DNA of 64,000 nucleotides from positions 2,144,001 to 2,208,000 of the forward strand of contig OZ220741.1 in the NCBI GenBank assembly GCA_965116885.1. The letters run 5' to 3'. Made by a program: the position numbers and the translations under genes. The notes under the pieces are model-generated. The model was not told the DNA's origin. It ran no database searches and saw only the letters and a list, made by a program, of their open reading frames with translations. Shown one piece after another: positions 59,315-64,000 of this stretch; the first letter of the stretch is position 1, and every line of letters begins with the position of its first letter. This stretch comes from Candidatus Latescibacterota bacterium. GTDB taxonomy: Bacteria; Latescibacterota; UBA2968.

Positions 59315-60712
59315 ATGGGTCAAAGTTTATTTCACAAAGTTTGGGACGCGCATGCGGTGCGAACGCTGCCATCGGGGCAAACGCAGTTGTTTATCGGCCT
59401 GCATCTCGTTCACGAGGTTACCAGTCCGCAGGCTTTTGATATGCTCAGAGAGCGCGGTCTCACTATTGCGTATCCAGAACGCACATTTGCCACGGTTGAT
59501 CATATTGTACCTACAAGCGATGTTGCCCGTCCATTTGCCGACGGTATGGCCGAGGACATGATGATCGCCATCGAAGAAAATGCCCGACAGTTCGGCCTTT
59601 CTTTTTTTGGTCTGGACGACGAGCGTCAGGGTATTGTCCACGTCATTGGTCCCGAACTGGGTCTGACACAGCCGGGCATGACCATTGCCTGCGGCGATAG
59701 CCACACTTCAACGCATGGAGCTTATGGTGCCATTGCATTTGGCATCGGCACCTCGCAGGTGCGCGATGTGCTCGCTACGCAGTGTCTGGCGATGGATCCT
59801 CTCAAAGTGCGCCGTATTGAAGTATCCGGCACGCTGGGCAATGGGGTTTACGCCAAAGATGTTATTCTCAACATTATCCGCAATCTCGGTGTAAAAGGCG
59901 GTACGGGTTATGCTTACGAATATGCCGGATCCGCTATTGAAGCTATGGATATGGAAGCGCGCATGTCGGTGTGCAATATGTCGATTGAAGGCGGTGCGCG
60001 CGCGGGGTATGTGAATCCCGATCAGACGACTTATGACTATCTGAGGGGACGCACTTATGCACCTTCGGGCGAAGCCTTTGATCGCGCGGTTTCCTGGTGG
60101 CGTTCTATGGCTTCCGATGCCGATGCCGATTACGACGATGTTTATCATCTCGATGGCTCTGCCCTTGAGCCTACCGTGACCTGGGGTATTACACCGGGGC
60201 AGGCACTCTTTGTATCAGAAAAAGTGCCGGCTTTGACGGATCTGCCTGACGATGAGCGCGATGTTGCAGCCGAAGCGTATGATTATATGGACTTAAAGCC
60301 GGGTACGGCTATATCTGGTATGCCTATTGACGTGGCTTTTGTGGGGTCGTGTACCAACAGCCGTATCTCTGACCTCAGAGAAGCTGCCAGAGTTGTCGAG
60401 GGCCACAAGGTGGCCGGTGGCGTCAAAGCGCTGGTTGTGCCGGGGTCCAAATCCGTTCTCAAGACAGCCGAAGCAGAAGGCTTGCACCACATTTTTGAAG
60501 ATGCGGGCTTTGAATGGCGTGGGGCCGGGTGTTCGATGTGTTTGGCTATGAATCCCGACAAATTGCAGGGACGCGAAGTGTGCGCGTCTTCGAGTAATCG
60601 CAATTTCAAAGGGCGTCAGGGAAGCCCCACGGGACGTACCCTCTTGATGAGTCCCGCAATGGTTGCAGCCGCGGCTATCGCCGGTGAGGTTATTGACGTA
60701 CGCGCGATGTAA
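59315..60712 (+). CDS. leuC: 3-isopropylmalate dehydratase large subunit
   Basis: [41 protein letters not shown]. Confidence 0.98.
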   Translation: MGQSLFHKVWDAHAVRTLPSGQTQLFIGLHLVHEVTSPQAFDMLRERGLTIAYPERTFATVDHIVPTSDVARPFADGMAEDMMIAIEENARQFGLSFFGLDDERQGIVHVIGPELGLTQPGMTIACGDSHTSTHGAYGAIAFGIGTSQVRDVLATQCLAMDPLKVRRIEVSGTLGNGVYAKDVILNIIRNLGVKGGTGYAYEYAGSAIEAMDMEARMSVCNMSIEGGARAGYVNPDQTTYDYLRGRTYAPSGEAFDRAVSWWRSMASDADADYDDVYHLDGSALEPTVTWGITPGQALFVSEKVPALTDLPDDERDVAAEAYDYMDLKPGTAISGMPIDVAFVGSCTNSRISDLREAARVVEGHKVAGGVKALVVPGSKSVLKTAEAEGLHHIFEDAGFEWRGAGCSMCLAMNPDKLQGREVCASSSNRNFKGRQGSPTGRTLLMSPAMVAAAAIAGEVIDVRAM

Positions 60713-60725
60713 AGGAAGGTTATTT

Positions 60726-61319
60726 ATGAATTCATCTGTGATTCAGTATGTAGAAGGGCGCGCGATTCCCGTTCGGGGAAATGACATCGATACCGATCGC
60801 ATTATTCCCGCGCGGTATCTTCGCGCTATTACGTTTGACGGCCTGGGTGTGCACGCATTTGAAGACGATCGCAAATCAAATCCCGATCACCCATTTGATG
60901 ATCCGCGCTATCAGGGGGCATCCATACTCATCGCCAATGATAATTTTGGGTGTGGGTCTTCGAGAGAACACGCGCCCCAGGCTTTGATGCGCTGGGGGAT
61001 TAGTGCTATTGTGGGTGAATCTTTTGCCGAAATTTTTCTGGGCAATTGTACGGCTATGGGCGTGCCTTGCCTGACGGCTTCAACCGCGGATATTGTCAAA
61101 ATTCAAGACGCGATAGAAGCAGATCCGCAACGAGAAATGGCGGTTGATCTCAAAGAGAAAAAATTGACATTTGGCGATATAGAAGTCAATCTCCAGATTG
61201 CAGAAGGCAATCGGCTCCAACTCATTGAGGGGGCGTGGGATGCAACGGGTATGCTTCTCGAAGGCCGCGGTGCGGTGCGGAATATCGCCAACAAACTTCC
61301 CTATGTTACGGGCTTTTAA
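60726..61319 (+). CDS. leuD: 3-isopropylmalate dehydratase small subunit
   Basis: DIDTDRIIP, NFGCGSSREHAP, SFAEIF. Confidence 0.97.
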   Translation: MNSSVIQYVEGRAIPVRGNDIDTDRIIPARYLRAITFDGLGVHAFEDDRKSNPDHPFDDPRYQGASILIANDNFGCGSSREHAPQALMRWGISAIVGESFAEIFLGNCTAMGVPCLTASTADIVKIQDAIEADPQREMAVDLKEKKLTFGDIEVNLQIAEGNRLQLIEGAWDATGMLLEGRGAVRNIANKLPYVTGF

Positions 61320-61329
61320 CCTTTTTTAC

Positions 61330-61352
61330 GCCCGCATCTCGCGGGCTTTTTT
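61330..61352 (+). terminator. Intrinsic terminator after leuD
   Basis: gcccgc-atctc-gcgggc then tttttt. Confidence 0.75.
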
Positions 61353-61488
61353 GCGAGCTATTATGCATTTCTACATGCGAACAGGCAGGAGATATTATCC
61401 GGGCACTCGTTGCCCGGAGGCCATTGGTTTGGGCATTGGATCGTTTTGCATGACCCAACTTTTTTAATCCCAAACCAGAGGAAATCAC

Positions 61489-63069
61489 ATGTCTAAACTT
61501 GTACAAATTTACGATTCGACCCTTCGAGATGGCGCGCAGGCTGAGGGTATTTCATTTTCGGCTGAAGACAAAACCATGATTGCACAACATCTCGATGCGA
61601 TGGGCATTCACTATGTTGAAGGCGGTTGGCCCAATCCGACGAATCCCAAGGATCTCGAATTTTTTGATCGCGTGCGCGATCTCGAATTTCACAACACCAA
61701 AATTGTCGCTTTTGGCAGTACATGCAGGGTTGACAATCCGCCCGAAGACGATCCCACTCTCACCACTTTGCTCAGGGCAGGTACAGAGGTTATCACGCTC
61801 TTTGGGAAAAGCTGGACGCTTCACGTAACCGATGTGTTGCGGGCGACATTAGACGAAAACCTGCAAATTATCAGGGACTCTTGCGCCTGGCTGAAGGAAA
61901 ACGGCCGAGAAGTTATTTACGATGCCGAACATTTTTTTGACGGTTACAAAGCCGATCCCGAATACGCGCTGGAAACTTTGTTGGCCGCGCAAGAAGGCGG
62001 AGCCGAGGTGCTCGTTTTGTGCGATACCAATGGCGGCATGATGCCATATCAAATACAGGAGATTATCAGCGATATTCAATCCAGGCTCGATGTGCCTTTG
62101 GGTATTCACACGCACAACGACGCGGGAATGGCTGTGGCCAATAGCATTGTCGCACTCGAAATGGGTGCTACACATGTGCAGGGGACTATCAATGGCTATG
62201 GGGAACGCTGTGGCAATGCCAATCTGTGTTCGGTGATTCCAAATATTGAATTTAAGTTGGGGATGAGAGCTATTGGCGCGAAAAATCTGAAAAGACTTAT
62301 GGAATTATCGCGCTTTGTGAGCGAAATCGCCAATGTCTATCACGATCACCGCCAACCTTATGTGGGCGAGAGTGCTTTTGCACACAAGGCGGGTGTTCAC
62401 GTAGATGCGATGCTCAAACAACCCGTCGCGTATGAACACTGCGATGCGGAATCTGTAGGCAATCAGCGCCGTTTTCTGCTTTCAGAACAATCGGGCGGCG
62501 GGGCCGTCGCAGCAAAATTGCACCATCTGATTCCGGGACTGGACAAACGCCATCCAACTGTCCAGAAATTGCTGCAAAAAATTAAGCAACTCGAACACGA
62601 AGGCTATGTTTTTGAAGCCGCCGAAGCGTCGTTTGAAATTATTGCCCGCCAGATATTGGGCAGTATTCGCAAACCGTTTAAGCTCATCAATTACAAGACG
62701 ATCAATCGCAAAAGTGCTGCAGGCTCTGAAGTAGAAGCCATTGTGAAAATAGAAATTGAAGGACAGATCTACCACACGGTTGGCGAAGGCGATGGTCCTG
62801 TCAATGCGCTTGATTCGGCATTGCGCCTGGCGCTTGAACCAAATTATCCCATGCTGAAAGATGTGCGTCTTGAAGACTACAAAGTGCGCGTGTTATCCAG
62901 TGCCGATGGTACGGCAGCCAAGGTGCGAGTGCTGATTGAGTCCTCTGACCGGCGGCGCGTGTGGAGTACTGTCGGTGTATCTGAAAATGTCATCGAAGCC
63001 AGTTGGACAGCACTGGTCGATAGTTTGACTTATAAATTGTTGCTCGACGATATTATCGTCGTTGACTGA
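61489..63069 (+). CDS. cimA: Citramalate synthase
   Basis: YDSTLRDGAQAEG, EGGWP..NPKD, FGKSW, DAEHFFDG, AHKAGVH, DYKVR, WSTVGVSENVIEASW. Confidence 0.93.
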   Translation: MSKLVQIYDSTLRDGAQAEGISFSAEDKTMIAQHLDAMGIHYVEGGWPNPTNPKDLEFFDRVRDLEFHNTKIVAFGSTCRVDNPPEDDPTLTTLLRAGTEVITLFGKSWTLHVTDVLRATLDENLQIIRDSCAWLKENGREVIYDAEHFFDGYKADPEYALETLLAAQEGGAEVLVLCDTNGGMMPYQIQEIISDIQSRLDVPLGIHTHNDAGMAVANSIVALEMGATHVQGTINGYGERCGNANLCSVIPNIEFKLGMRAIGAKNLKRLMELSRFVSEIANVYHDHRQPYVGESAFAHKAGVHVDAMLKQPVAYEHCDAESVGNQRRFLLSEQSGGGAVAAKLHHLIPGLDKRHPTVQKLLQKIKQLEHEGYVFEAAEASFEIIARQILGSIRKPFKLINYKTINRKSAAGSEVEAIVKIEIEGQIYHTVGEGDGPVNALDSALRLALEPNYPMLKDVRLEDYKVRVLSSADGTAAKVRVLIESSDRRRVWSTVGVSENVIEASWTALVDSLTYKLLLDDIIVVD

Positions 63070-63089
63070 CCCTTTTCAAAGAGTATCGC

Positions 63090-64000
63090 ATGCAAATCAA
63101 TTCTCGTCGGATTGAACGCCTTCCGCCCTATGTTTTTCACGAGGTCAATGCCCGTAAAATGTACCTGCGGCGCAAGGGCGTTGATATTATTGATCTGGGT
63201 ATGGGCAATCCCGACCAGCCGACACCGCCACATATTATTGACAAGCTCACCGAAGTTGTCCGAGACCCCAAGACGCATGGGTATTCGCCATCGGCGGGCC
63301 TTCCGGCTTTGAGGCGGGCGATTTGTCGCCATTACAAACGGCGTTTTGACGTTGATCTCGATCCGGAAACAGAAGCTATTGTCACGATTGGCTCGAAAGA
63401 GGGGCTGGCGCATATTTGTCTCGCGCTTCTCGATCCGGGCGATCTCGCCATTGTGCCAAATCCGGCATATCCCCTGCATCTTTATGGTGTTGCGATTGCC
63501 AATGGCAATGTCTTCAGCATGCCTTTGCGACCGGAAAAGGAATTTGTGCCCGATCTGCAAATGATCCCGCGGGAACTGTGGCCTAAACCCAAAGTGATGA
63601 TTTTTAATTTTCCCCACAATCCCACGACAGCTACTGTCGATATTTCTTTTTTTGAGGAGATTGTGGATTTTGCCCGCCGCCAAAATATCATTGTTATCCA
63701 CGATATGGCCTATTCGGATATCGCGTTTGACGATACTGTGGTGCCGAGTCTTTTACAGGTTAAGGGTGCCAAAGAAGTCGGGGTCGAATTTTACACGATG
63801 TCCAAGTCCTACAATATGGCTGGTTGGCGCGTCGGGTTTTGTCTCGGAAATCCAGAGGTGATTAAAGCGCTTTCCGTGATCAAAAATTACTATGACTACG
63901 GTGTTTTTACTCCCATACAGGTCGCTGCAATTTCCGCGCTTGATGGCCCGCAAGACTGCGTGCAGCAATCAGCCGCCAGGTATCAGAGCCGCAGGGATAC
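63090..64000 (+). CDS. Class I/II PLP aminotransferase, AlaC-like (runs off the window end; not in ORF track)
   Basis: Manual translation: RLPPYVF, IIDLGMGNPD, TIGSKEGLAH, NFPHNPT, HDMAY, MSKSYNMAGWRVG, DYGVFTPIQVAA. Confidence 0.9.
   Translation, partial: MQINSRRIERLPPYVFHEVNARKMYLRRKGVDIIDLGMGNPDQPTPPHIIDKLTEVVRDPKTHGYSPSAGLPALRRAICRHYKRRFDVDLDPETEAIVTIGSKEGLAHICLALLDPGDLAIVPNPAYPLHLYGVAIANGNVFSMPLRPEKEFVPDLQMIPRELWPKPKVMIFNFPHNPTTATVDISFFEEIVDFARRQNIIVIHDMAYSDIAFDDTVVPSLLQVKGAKEVGVEFYTMSKSYNMAGWRVGFCLGNPEVIKALSVIKNYYDYGVFTPIQVAAISALDGPQDCVQQSAARYQSRRD

Noticed and set aside
61363..61467. Leader peptide or attenuator upstream of cimA (hairpin tccgggca/tgcccgga at 61398-61418)
   Set aside because: The short ORF is not enriched in Ile/Leu/Val codons and the hairpin has no U tail; no supporting evidence

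Overview
Bacterial chromosomal window (moderate GC, about 55 genes, no rRNA, tRNA, CRISPR or transposase seen). In order it contains: (1) a housekeeping run proC-hisH-hisF-proB-ftsB-like-recO-cNMP protein-AI-2E transporter-valS-oxidoreductase-pncC, then two tandem STAS proteins and an MltF-like protein; (2) a thiamine locus where thiC and thiO-thiS-thiG-tenI/thiE-thiD-thiE diverge from two back-to-back TPP riboswitches; (3) an NAD-linked formate dehydrogenase whose alpha subunit is split in the ORF track by an in-frame TGA at the active-site position followed by a SECIS-like hairpin, so it is very probably a selenoprotein; (4) a reverse-strand block with an aromatic amino acid decarboxylase and two lipoproteins sharing a duplicated N-terminal cassette; (5) an orphan RND transporter followed by an unannotated 28-aa membrane peptide; (6) an AT-richer three-gene cassette resembling a Tse2-like toxin plus acidic antitoxin plus unknown protein; (7) a Cus-type metal efflux operon containing a 4x34-bp tandem array of GTAG-REP units; (8) cysK, ggt and several catabolic-type enzymes; (9) a branched-chain amino acid cluster ilvN-leuA-leuC-leuD-cimA-alaC-like, preceded by a Leu/Ile/Val-rich leader peptide with alternative RNA hairpins. 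All product calls come from motif recognition by eye; no database search was run.
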